63,156 nt of DNA from an uncultured virus (IMG/VR IMGVR_UViG_3300025085_003231) (taxonomy: Duplodnaviria; Heunggongvirae; Uroviricota; Caudoviricetes): the IMG/VR virus record IMGVR_UViG_3300025085_003231; one strand, 5' to 3'. Below, one piece after another: positions 29,604 to 38,275 of this stretch; the first letter of the stretch is position 1, and each line of letters starts with the position of its first letter. The position numbers were made by a program, and so were the translations under genes. Below the pieces are notes generated by a model. It was not told where the DNA came from, did not search any database, and saw nothing but the letters and a program-made list of their open reading frames with translations.

Positions 29604-30281
29604 CTATTGTGATTTTGACCTGTCTACAATAACTCGGGATTCGGTGACTCCCCATTTTGTGCGAATGAAAGAATCTACGGCATTCCAAGTGGCTCCTTTG
29701 GCTACGCCTCTTGTTTCAGCCTCATCCCAATTATTGACAAAATCTTTGAGGTCAGCATAACCTGTGTGAATCTTTTTGGCTGTGGCTCTTCCGACTCGGG
29801 GGATTTGTTCCAACATAGCATGATGTTTATTTCGGGTGCTGGTAACAACGGTAACGGGGCGAACGAGTTGATTTACTGAGCCGTCCTTAACACGAAGGGA
29901 TAGTGAACGCACATATCGTATGGTTTCATCCAATGAGTCGGTATAAATTACTGGGCAGACTTCCACACACATTCGGTTGAAGAAAGTTTGCAATCCTTTG
30001 ATGCTGTCCATGTCTGCGTAGACTTCACTCCATGAGCCTTCTACTAACAAAATATATTTATCACAATTTTCTACCATGCGGGAGATTTGTTCTTGGATTC
30101 TTTTACTGCTCCATGAAGAGTAAGCGTCACCCCATGTTTTTCGTTCAATAACCCATCGCTTTCCATCATCGTTTTCAATTACGATGTCGCCTTCGGGAAG
30201 ATTAACTATGTCTGCATTAAGCATCATTTTAAATTTGTCTTTGGTAGATGCTGCTTCCTTAGAGTCAATCAAAATCTTCAT
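29604..30281 (-). CDS. ERCC4 (XPF/Mus81/Hef-like) nuclease with HhH
   Basis: IDSKE, GD..IERKTWGD, IPRVGRATA. Confidence 0.88.
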   Translation of the reverse strand: MKILIDSKEAASTKDKFKMMLNADIVNLPEGDIVIENDDGKRWVIERKTWGDAYSSWSSKRIQEQISRMVENCDKYILLVEGSWSEVYADMDSIKGLQTFFNRMCVEVCPVIYTDSLDETIRYVRSLSLRVKDGSVNQLVRPVTVVTSTRNKHHAMLEQIPRVGRATAKKIHTGYADLKDFVNNWDEAETRGVAKGATWNAVDSFIRTKWGVTESRVIVDRSKSQ

Positions 30282-30306
30282 GGTGTTGCATTGAGCAACC
30301 TCCTAT

Positions 30307-30444
30307 TTAAGATTGAGTTTCCATGGAAGAAACACTGACTGACCAGCCACAACCACAATGGTAGTATCCATCTTGAAGGATAGCGGTTTTGTGGTTTTTG
30401 AATCTTGTTCCACAGGCTTCACATTTAATTTTCGGTTCCATCAT
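30307..30444 (-). CDS. Zn-ribbon micro-protein (45 aa)
   Basis: Hand-translated MMEPKIKCEACG..YHCGCGW. Confidence 0.55.
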   Translation of the reverse strand: MMEPKIKCEACGTRFKNHKTAILQDGYYHCGCGWSVSVSSMETQS

Positions 30445-30679
30445 ATTCACTCTCAATTCCTGATGCACAATCGTCAAGATATTTTTGGTATTCTTCTGTG
30501 GTCTGGGAGTCAGAATTTCCGTTGGTTAAAATAACTTCTAAGGGACTTCTCCAAAGGCAACTCATGATTAAAAACTGTTCAAGGAAGGCGTTTAATCCTT
30601 TATCCTCAAACTCCCCTCCTGTTTGTGATTGAGCAATCCAGCGACGAAGAGCCGTTTCCGAGATTGAAAGTTCTTTCAT
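30425..30679 (-). CDS. Hypothetical protein
   Basis: 84-aa ORF with promoter. Confidence 0.7.
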   Translation of the reverse strand: MKELSISETALRRWIAQSQTGGEFEDKGLNAFLEQFLIMSCLWRSPLEVILTNGNSDSQTTEEYQKYLDDCASGIESEYDGTEN

Positions 30680-30710
30680 AATAAATCCTTATCTCTTTAC
30701 CTATTTAATA

Positions 30711-31766
30711 CTACGCCCACTGGAACGGGAGGGTTATCAACCGAAGGTTCAAGGCTATCAAATCAGAATATGGTGTGGTGGAAAAATACTGGGCTATATC
30801 TGGGAGGGTTTCTATCAAAGGTTGGTAATCGGAATGGTGTAGCAAACGAGTGCCTCCTCTTTCTAAATCTCTCCAATATGTTCCGTGGTTTTCAATACAG
30901 GATTTTTGTGTGAGTTTGTTGTTGGAACGATATTCTTTTAGAGCGAGAGAAATAGATTCCATACTTTCGGTGTCGGTGGGTTGATACCAATTAAGAAGTA
31001 GTGAGTCATTTGTTAATTCATCTCCGTGTGCTTGAATGAGTTGAGCGGCGGATTTGGGTCCAATCTTGGGAATTCCTGTGATGCTATCGCTGGTATCACC
31101 TGTAATGGACTTGAGTAGGGTATAATGTTTGAGTTCAATTCCTAAATCCTCAGTAATTTCTGTGCGGGATATTTCTCTAACAAAGTTGTGAATTCTGATT
31201 CGGTCATCCCAGTCAAACAATTGCCACAAATCGGTATCTCCTGAGAATACCCAAATGTCATCCTCGGCTCCGATGGTGGGGTCAGAAATAAGTTCCTGAA
31301 CCTGATAAGCAATCATGTCGTCGGCTTCCATGATAGACTCGTAATGGGAAATCCAATTTTTACGCAAATCATTGGTGTCAAAATTAAGAGAAACAAGATA
31401 GTCTCGGAAATCGTTAATTGTGTGGGTGGAAGCATCATATGTTTCAGCCTCGTATCCCATGCGAATTGCTCGCTCGGATTTATAGGTTTTGAGTAGCGTT
31501 CCCCGAAGATTTCGGCCTTCTACTCCATCCCAACAAAAATGTATGGGTCTGGCGGCAGATACAAAATACTTAACTTCTCTCATACGGAATTCCAGATATT
31601 TCATGTCGTTGATAATACACTTTCTTTGTAAATTAAAGAATTGCACACGAGAGCGTCGTCCTGCGGCTAACTGTCTTTTCATCCGAGTGAGTTGGCCTTT
31701 GGGTCCCCAATGTCGGCCTCGTCTACCGATAAAAAATCCTGCATCAACTACGGCAACTGAAGCCAT
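30711..31766 (-). CDS. 5'-3' exonuclease/flap endonuclease (T4 RNase H/T5 FEN-like)
   Basis: VVDA, EADD, SGDTD, GDTSDSITGIPKIGPK. Confidence 0.9.
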   Translation of the reverse strand: MASVAVVDAGFFIGRRGRHWGPKGQLTRMKRQLAAGRRSRVQFFNLQRKCIINDMKYLEFRMREVKYFVSAARPIHFCWDGVEGRNLRGTLLKTYKSERAIRMGYEAETYDASTHTINDFRDYLVSLNFDTNDLRKNWISHYESIMEADDMIAYQVQELISDPTIGAEDDIWVFSGDTDLWQLFDWDDRIRIHNFVREISRTEITEDLGIELKHYTLLKSITGDTSDSITGIPKIGPKSAAQLIQAHGDELTNDSLLLNWYQPTDTESMESISLALKEYRSNNKLTQKSCIENHGTYWRDLERGGTRLLHHSDYQPLIETLPDIAQYFSTTPYSDLIALNLRLITLPFQWA

Positions 31767-31768
31767 GA

Positions 31769-32548
31769 TTAAGCCTCCTCAAATAGATGGTGTGGGAATG
31801 AATCTCGTAAGGGTTGCAAGTCTAAAGCCGTTGCACCTTGAGTCCAATACTTGGGTGAGTCAAAGGATGTATTGGCGGCATCTTTTATGTCGGTTCCATA
31901 CAAAAAATCGCGGGAAATGGATTCAAAATAATCTCTAAATTTCAGGTCTGGTATGTGATGTTGTAAATCTTCTCGGAGCCAAAGATTGGGTCGGAGATAA
32001 GCATCAGCAATCACTAATCCATGAAGTGAAGAAGAAATGATTCGGTCACAAGCCACAATTTGGTCTACTACGGATTCCCATGAATCTGTGGCGTTGATAA
32101 GATGAATGTCATGAAATATCTCTAACTCATCGGCTTGGTCTGAATAATTTTCCCACCAAGACCAATGCGGGACAAAACCTGTTTTTCCTGTGAGTTCAGG
32201 AAGTGGTTTGGGTTGATAAAAATCTGGTAACAACAAGGCAGGGTCGCCCCACGGAATTGTTTCTTTCATCGGCACTACGCCTCGGTAAAATCCTTCGGTG
32301 CGTGGACCTCTAACTGCATGAATGTGTAAATCATCAGTTCGCAACTGATATAGCATGATACCGCTTCCCCAAACATGGCTTCCAGGTGCTAAGTTATGGG
32401 AAATTGAGCCGATAACTGAAAAAACAGGTTGGCTCATATCATTGGATTTTTCCACGGGTCTTCCGAGCATGGCCTGAGCAATTACAGGGCCTAACTCATC
32501 ACCAAAGTTTCCTGAGCCTTGGTTGTGTCGCCAATACCCTACCTTCAT
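31769..32548 (-). CDS. Polysaccharide pyruvyl transferase family (ExoV-like)
   Basis: NFGD, AVRGP, GDPALL, SSSLHG. Confidence 0.88.
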   Translation of the reverse strand: MKVGYWRHNQGSGNFGDELGPVIAQAMLGRPVEKSNDMSQPVFSVIGSISHNLAPGSHVWGSGIMLYQLRTDDLHIHAVRGPRTEGFYRGVVPMKETIPWGDPALLLPDFYQPKPLPELTGKTGFVPHWSWWENYSDQADELEIFHDIHLINATDSWESVVDQIVACDRIISSSLHGLVIADAYLRPNLWLREDLQHHIPDLKFRDYFESISRDFLYGTDIKDAANTSFDSPKYWTQGATALDLQPLRDSFPHHLFEEA

Positions 32549-32572
32549 GGTTTATCCTAAGTAGCCACCTAT

Positions 32573-33040
32573 TTAACTCTTCTTTTTCTTGCGCTTAGTA
32601 GTTTTTTTCTTAGCGGGCTTCTTTTTAGTGGTTTTGCGCTTGGTGGACTTGCGTTTCTTAGCAGGTTTCTTGGGGACTTCTAATGCTAATGGAGATTTGG
32701 AGTTAGATAAATCTTTTTGCATACAATCGTGAGAACAATAATTTTGGGTGGTAATGGTGCGATGCCACCTTTCTCGCTGAGTTTTACACCATCCTACGGT
32801 CGCTGTATAACCTGCCATAAATTTGGAGGAACAGACGCTGCATTCGCATCCGTCTTCATCAGTGACTCCTTCGCCTGTGATGCCTTCCATTACTTCTTTA
32901 ACGCACTTGTGAGAGCAATATGTATCGGTATTTAGGTGTTCAACCCACCTTCCATTGGCTTGGAAAAGAGTATCTGTTAAGATGTAAATCGGTTTGCTGG
33001 TCTTGATTCCTTGGTCGCACATAGCACATTCAAAAGTCAT
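32573..33040 (-). CDS. Tandem TRASH-like Zn-finger protein with Lys-rich tail
   Basis: Two CxxC..YCSxxC units; poly-K tail. Confidence 0.75.
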   Translation of the reverse strand: MTFECAMCDQGIKTSKPIYILTDTLFQANGRWVEHLNTDTYCSHKCVKEVMEGITGEGVTDEDGCECSVCSSKFMAGYTATVGWCKTQRERWHRTITTQNYCSHDCMQKDLSNSKSPLALEVPKKPAKKRKSTKRKTTKKKPAKKKTTKRKKKKS

Positions 33041-33534
33041 TTACTCCACCTCAATAATTCCTGTCCTGGTCTTAGGTCAGAGGTCCACCTATATAGAGTC
33101 TGCGATGTGGATTTGTCCATGGTGATAACTCCACGAGCCACCCAACGCCTCAATGCTATTGATACTCCACGGGCTCCTTTGACTCTAAATGGTTGCTTGT
33201 TGCAAGCCTCATAAATATCTTGGGAAGTTAAACCATCGGGGCTTTCATAAATGGCGGTGAACATAAATGTGTATTTCATTCCTTTGTGACAAGCCATGGT
33301 TTCGTTAAGGCATTTGACTCCACAAAATCTTTGGTTAGCATGACAATAAGGGGCTTTGAGTTCAAAGGTGTCGTCGCAGGAATAACACTTGATGGGGATT
33401 TTCCGTCGGTAATCATAGGGCAGTTTCCTCTTTTGCGTTTCAGCACAGAATCTTGAGCAAACATGGCTGTAAATTTTATTACGAGCATATGCCCAGTTAC
33501 TCTCTATTTTATTTCCACAGAAACAAACGGCCAT
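33037..33534 (-). CDS. Zn-finger + wHTH regulator (paralog family)
   Basis: CxC..CSxxC..CxxC..FCxxxC then wHTH-like segment. Confidence 0.75.
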   Translation of the reverse strand: MAVCFCGNKIESNWAYARNKIYSHVCSRFCAETQKRKLPYDYRRKIPIKCYSCDDTFELKAPYCHANQRFCGVKCLNETMACHKGMKYTFMFTAIYESPDGLTSQDIYEACNKQPFRVKGARGVSIALRRWVARGVITMDKSTSQTLYRWTSDLRPGQELLRWSK

Positions 33535-33543
33535 GATTATCAC

Positions 33544-34092
33544 CTATTCTTGTTCAAAGAATACCCATCGGGTCAAGTCTGCGTCAATGGTGTCTCCGTC
33601 AATTCCGTGAAGGTATGATAGCAAACCTTCCCAAGAACCAAAAATCCAGTTGTGATTCATAACACCAAAAATCCAGTTAGAAACATTGTTCTTTCCGCCT
33701 TCAACCATTACAAGAGTTGGTTTTCGTTGGTCAAGTGCTGTTTTGAGTTCCCAAATAGTTCCAAATGGTTTAGCCTCCATGTCAATATAAACCATTACAA
33801 AATCACTGCGGTCAAGCATACGCAAGTCTACATGGGCAATCGGCTTCATGATTTTAGTCAAACCTTCGTAATCTTCTTGCTCTTTCAAGTCCATTAACTT
33901 GATTTTTTCTTCTTCAATTTCTTTGTATTCGGTATCAAGTGTGGGTTTGTTGCAGGGGTCCATTACTGATACTCCTTTCTGTTCAAGCCAAAGGGTGGCT
34001 TTGTTTCGCCAACCGACACCATCATCGTCTGCGTAATCTATTGGTCCTGCCAAATAACATCTTAGTCCTTTCAATCTGTTCATATTTTTCAC
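33544..34092 (-). CDS. Nucleoside 2-deoxyribosyltransferase-like protein
   Basis: YLAGPI, DLRMLDRSD, GTIWE. Confidence 0.8.
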   Translation of the reverse strand: MKNMNRLKGLRCYLAGPIDYADDDGVGWRNKATLWLEQKGVSVMDPCNKPTLDTEYKEIEEEKIKLMDLKEQEDYEGLTKIMKPIAHVDLRMLDRSDFVMVYIDMEAKPFGTIWELKTALDQRKPTLVMVEGGKNNVSNWIFGVMNHNWIFGSWEGLLSYLHGIDGDTIDADLTRWVFFEQE

Positions 34093-34283
34093 TCCGTAAA
34101 TTCATCATATCTGTCGTCATTGGGTGGTCTGATAATTTGATGCTCAGGAGCGTTCAAATTAAACCATTGCTCAATGCTGACTCGTGATGTGGCGGGTAAT
34201 GCTTCCATTAAACCTTGTAGAATGTGAGCAAACTCGTCGTCGGTTTCATAACCGAGGGTGATGGTGATAATTTTACATTTCAT
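34089..34283 (-). CDS. Small hypothetical protein
   Basis: ATG after GGAGG SD. Confidence 0.6.
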   Translation of the reverse strand: MKCKIITITLGYETDDEFAHILQGLMEALPATSRVSIEQWFNLNAPEHQIIRPPNDDRYDEFTE

Positions 34284-34285
34284 AT

Positions 34286-34630
34286 TTATTCCTCCTGTTC
34301 TTCCCAGTCTTTCCATGACATATCTGGGGTCTGTGTGGTATTGAAGTGGGCGTTAATATCTTGGTTGTTAGGGAGTCGTCCATGCTTTTGGATGTGGTTT
34401 TGAGCAAAACTAATCCAATCTTCCAAATAAACATCTTGTGGGATGCTGATTTGGTGGTCTTCAAATTCCATTTCATCATCGTGATATTCGGGGCAGACAT
34501 GGGAAACAATGTGTTCCATCATGTCTCCTAAATTTCTACGCTTCCACCAACCCAAATGGACTGAGGCGAGATTGAGAGTGAAATTGAGTAGAGCCATTAC
34601 GAGTAGGATTTGAGTCCAATCATCCATCAA
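34286..34630 (-). CDS. Membrane protein
   Basis: N-terminal TM. Confidence 0.65.
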   Translation of the reverse strand: MMDDWTQILLVMALLNFTLNLASVHLGWWKRRNLGDMMEHIVSHVCPEYHDDEMEFEDHQISIPQDVYLEDWISFAQNHIQKHGRLPNNQDINAHFNTTQTPDMSWKDWEEQEE

Positions 34631-34908
34631 TAAACATCTCCGTTAAGACGGGACTTATCATCTTCGTAAGGTGCAGCGATGCGTCGGTAAAGTTCCATCT
34701 TGGAACATTCCAAGACACCAATAATTTCGTTGATACGAGCATAACTGATTCGCTCGTCATCGTAGAGGATGGCTCCCAAAATTCTGGAAATGGTGTAGTT
34801 CAATCGTCCTGCGGTGGATTCGTTATCACCTGTTTCTAAAAATCTGATGATGAACGAATCAAGTTCGGCATCAAACTCATCTCTTTTATCTTGACGGATA
34901 TAGGGCAT
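34627..34908 (-). CDS. Conserved phage protein (DUF6899-like)
   Basis: MPYI..GRLNY..GVLECSKMELYRR..PYED.K..NGDV; family name from memory. Confidence 0.7.
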   Translation of the reverse strand: MPYIRQDKRDEFDAELDSFIIRFLETGDNESTAGRLNYTISRILGAILYDDERISYARINEIIGVLECSKMELYRRIAAPYEDDKSRLNGDVY

Positions 34909-34939
34909 ATCTAACTTTTAGTGATGCTACCTATTTAAC

Positions 34940-35491
34940 TTAATGGTTGATGTTGATAATGAGGCAATCAGGAGATTCTTCATAACAAAAATTGACACGG
35001 CTGTCCCAAGTTTTGTAAGCATGGGTGTAATTGTGGGTGGTGAAAATTTGAGTCATTATTGGAAGTCCAAAGGGTTTTTCTCGTTCATCGTAGGGTATTC
35101 TATCGCTGCTGGGAGGAATATCCTGCAATTGATTGATAATGGGTTGCAATTCAGAGGTATAATAGGTGATGGGCGGGAGTGTTAATCCCTCTACTACGGT
35201 CAGCCACAAAATAATTTCATCCATTACTATTTTGAATTTTTCAAATTGTTGGGAATACGCCGCTAAATTGTCAAGCCTATGGGTTTTGGTTTTTTGGGTA
35301 TAGGGGACGATGGAACTGTCCCACAAGGATATTTTGCAAATCATGTAGGAATGCACATAATTTTGGTCTTTATAGCGGGCAGCAGCCAGTCGTAAATCAT
35401 CAGAGAGAAGTTTTCTGCCCTCGGCTTCTACCACAAACGGATATTCAGGATAAAACACAATGGCGGAAGAGCCTGTGATAATATCTGACAT
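34940..35491 (-). CDS. Hypothetical protein
   Basis: 183-aa ORF with promoter. Confidence 0.7.
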   Translation of the reverse strand: MSDIITGSSAIVFYPEYPFVVEAEGRKLLSDDLRLAAARYKDQNYVHSYMICKISLWDSSIVPYTQKTKTHRLDNLAAYSQQFEKFKIVMDEIILWLTVVEGLTLPPITYYTSELQPIINQLQDIPPSSDRIPYDEREKPFGLPIMTQIFTTHNYTHAYKTWDSRVNFCYEESPDCLIININH

Positions 35492-35516
35492 GATTATTCT
35501 AATGCGGTGTTGCTAT

Positions 35517-35711
35517 TTAGTTTTTTTCAAATCTCGGGCGCAAATGGGACTCAAAATAGGCATAGACTGGCATCAGATAAATGGTCGCAATAATGGTGAA
35601 CCATCCGAGGTTAGTCAAATAAGGAATGTTGGTAAGCCAGCACCAGAGTAGAACTATGGGTTGGAGAACAAGAGTTCCATAAATTGGTCGGATGATGTCG
35701 GCTCGTTCCAT
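35517..35711 (-). CDS. Small two-TM membrane protein
   Basis: Hydrophobic ORF with promoter. Confidence 0.65.
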   Translation of the reverse strand: MERADIIRPIYGTLVLQPIVLLWCWLTNIPYLTNLGWFTIIATIYLMPVYAYFESHLRPRFEKN

Positions 35712-35743
35712 TAGGTGAAATTAAGTGTATTCCTATATAACGA

Positions 35744-36355
35744 TTATCCAAACATAAGTTCCAACTTTTCTTGGTCTGTCAAGAAAGAGCCAGTATCATA
35801 CATTCCTGATGTTCCTGAAAATTTCCCTTGTCGCATATACAAGACGGGTTTGTTGTCCCAATCATTAAGTTGTTGTGGTGAAAAATTGTGGTTTTGTCGG
35901 AACACTTCTTTGGTGTTTGGTGATACGATAATATCTGGTTGAATTAAAGCAGGAAATAATTTATAGTATAGTTGAGGGTCCCAATTGATGGTGCGATATG
36001 GGTAAATAATTTTGATAGGTGGGGCAGTATCTATGGTTTCGCCCGTAATGATATTTGCCATATAGCCTTTCGGAATATTTTCTTCCAAATCATCTCGGAA
36101 GATTTCTAACTGCGTAGCGATATTGCCTTGTAGATTAAACCCTGTGTAAGTGAATGGGTTGCCGATTGCGTCTGCGAAAAGTGGTATCAAATAAATTGTT
36201 CCTGTAATCTCGTTTTGTCTACTGAAAATCCATTCAAGTAGTAGCCCATTATTTTGGAGCATATCTTTGCTTTTGCCTAATGCTGACATAAAATCTATGT
36301 AGATGTATAAATCATCCCACTGAGGTGTGCCGTTGGGCAACATCGTAAGAGGCAT
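35744..36355 (-). CDS. Hypothetical protein
   Basis: 203-aa ORF with promoter. Confidence 0.7.
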   Translation of the reverse strand: MPLTMLPNGTPQWDDLYIYIDFMSALGKSKDMLQNNGLLLEWIFSRQNEITGTIYLIPLFADAIGNPFTYTGFNLQGNIATQLEIFRDDLEENIPKGYMANIITGETIDTAPPIKIIYPYRTINWDPQLYYKLFPALIQPDIIVSPNTKEVFRQNHNFSPQQLNDWDNKPVLYMRQGKFSGTSGMYDTGSFLTDQEKLELMFG

Positions 36356-36380
36356 GGTGGTATTTATCTTCCCTGCTATA

Positions 36381-36527
36381 TCAATTTAATGAAAGGGCGA
36401 TGGAAAAGAGAAGTGAAAGCCCGATGATAACCATAACATCCCAATAATCAAAAACCAATTGTTTGGTAATTGGTATTATATCATTGACGGTTGGTATTTC
36501 TGTGGTGTCCCATATTTTTCGTGGCAT
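36381..36527 (-). CDS. Tail-anchored micro-protein (48 aa)
   Basis: Hand-translated MPRKIWDTT...VMVIIGLSLLFSIALSLN. Confidence 0.55.
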   Translation of the reverse strand: MPRKIWDTTEIPTVNDIIPITKQLVFDYWDVMVIIGLSLLFSIALSLN

Positions 36528-36598
36528 TTTATTCCCTTCGGATAATTGTATGAGTGTTTTCTGCTATATCAGTTTATGCGGTGATTGCATCATGGTGG

Positions 36599-37453
36599 TT
36601 AAAATAGTGTGGCTTGCTGAGAAGTTCCTAATGTCTGGACTTGCGGAACCCAGTGCGTGGTGCGCCCATCGGGTGTTTGCTCACGGATAACTAATCTTCC
36701 AGCAGGGTCTTTCTTTTGAGCATAACATTCAAACACAAATGAATAAGTTCCGACTGTGCCATCGGGTGGGACATAATCTCGGAACGAGGCTCCACGAGAT
36801 TGATAAGAGGAATAAATAACTGACTTAACTTGCTTGCTAAGGGTGGTTAAATCGCTATCGGTCAAATCTGAAACTTGAGCAGAAGGGTTAATCTTGGCTT
36901 TGTAAAGTGCTTCGGCCTTGATGTAATTTCCGACTCCTGAAACCACTTGTTGATTCATAATGGCTTTGCAGATATTCCAGTGATTCTTTTTGCGAAGTCG
37001 CTCAATAAAGAATTCATCAGAAACAGACTCGCTTAACATATCTGGTCCAATTTTTGAGAGTTTAGCCTGTAATTCAGCCTCAGAATTTGTCTGGAAGAAC
37101 TTGAAAGTTCCAAACCGTCGGGTATCACGATAATGGGCTTGTGTCCCATCAGAAAATTCTAATGTGAAATGGACACCTTTTAGGCTCTTGAGTTTTCCAA
37201 ATCTCCAAGTGCCTGACATACCAAGTGTGTTAAAGACAACCCACTCATCGGAAAATTTCCAGTAAATGAACTTGCCTTTACAATTGACCGAATCAACAGT
37301 CAAAGGAAGTGCTTGACGGAATTCATTAAACTCGTTTCTCATTTGCTTGGCGGCATATTCCCGAGTGTGAATGCGTAAATTGCTAACGGTTTTCCCTTGC
37401 AAAACACGATGTAATCGGTCAGTAATGGTTTTAACTTCTGGACCTTCAGGCAT
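36599..37453 (-). CDS. mutM: Fpg/Nei DNA glycosylase, zincless-finger type
   Basis: MPEGPEV, CKGK, DTRRFG, SGVGNYIKAE, GRTTHWVPQVQ. Confidence 0.93.
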   Translation of the reverse strand: MPEGPEVKTITDRLHRVLQGKTVSNLRIHTREYAAKQMRNEFNEFRQALPLTVDSVNCKGKFIYWKFSDEWVVFNTLGMSGTWRFGKLKSLKGVHFTLEFSDGTQAHYRDTRRFGTFKFFQTNSEAELQAKLSKIGPDMLSESVSDEFFIERLRKKNHWNICKAIMNQQVVSGVGNYIKAEALYKAKINPSAQVSDLTDSDLTTLSKQVKSVIYSSYQSRGASFRDYVPPDGTVGTYSFVFECYAQKKDPAGRLVIREQTPDGRTTHWVPQVQTLGTSQQATLF

Positions 37454-37474
37454 GATAATCAATTATGGGTTTTC

Positions 37475-37843
37475 CTATTTAAGATAGAGGTTGCTTCCAG
37501 AGGTAATGATTTCGGGATAGGTTTTTCCGTCTAAATTACTGATTCCATCAGTCCAATATGGGACTTTTTTGGGATTGAAACTAATGGCTTTGGTGGGGTC
37601 TATGGTGATGGTTGAAGGGTATTCAAACCAGACAGAATCTGCGTCTACCCACGCACAAACTGTTTTGTTTCGTCCCGCGCAAATGGCCTCAGCAATTCGG
37701 TTTTGATTGTGCAACCGACAGCCAACCATCAGAATTTGAACTCGGGCTGGGTCGTGATATGTAACTCGGCCATCAGGATGTCTGACTTGAAATTTCTTGT
37801 GGTTTTGTCCCAGTCCTAAATGGAATCTTACTCGGTAATTCAT
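37475..37843 (-). CDS. Phage-type hypothetical protein
   Basis: RFHLG..KTVCAWV..FNP pattern. Confidence 0.7.
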   Translation of the reverse strand: MNYRVRFHLGLGQNHKKFQVRHPDGRVTYHDPARVQILMVGCRLHNQNRIAEAICAGRNKTVCAWVDADSVWFEYPSTITIDPTKAISFNPKKVPYWTDGISNLDGKTYPEIITSGSNLYLK

Positions 37844-37952
37844 TGTTGTTTCCTCCTTTTCAAATATTCAATAACTTTGGGTGGTGGAAATGGATTCCCA
37901 CACGGTTTTTTCTGTTGCACTTGCACATTTATCATCCACTGCCACTCACTTT

Positions 37953-38249
37953 TCATTCTGAAGCCTCCACAAACTTTCTTTCGGGAAGTGGTTGATTATG
38001 GGTTTTCTCATAGATTTTTTGACAATCTGGACAAACAGGCAGGGTGCGAGCGAACTCATCTCCGAGATATTTCTGAGGCCACTCTTGGGATTTAGCGGAA
38101 CACAGGTATCGGGAGGTTCCTGCAATATGAATGACCTTGGGTTTGGACAAGCGAGATTGACGCTGAGACTCCTCTTTTTGGTCTGCCGATGCAGGGCAGT
38201 TTCTGGAGTTGTGTCCAGCCTCTCCGCAGTTACCGCATTTCCGTGCCAT
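37953..38249 (-). CDS. Zinc-knuckle (CCHC) protein
   Basis: CGNCGEAGHNSRNC plus H..C..CPDC. Confidence 0.8.
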   Translation of the reverse strand: MARKCGNCGEAGHNSRNCPASADQKEESQRQSRLSKPKVIHIAGTSRYLCSAKSQEWPQKYLGDEFARTLPVCPDCQKIYEKTHNQPLPERKFVEASE

Positions 38250-38275
38250 AGCACGAATCACTCGTGCTACCTATA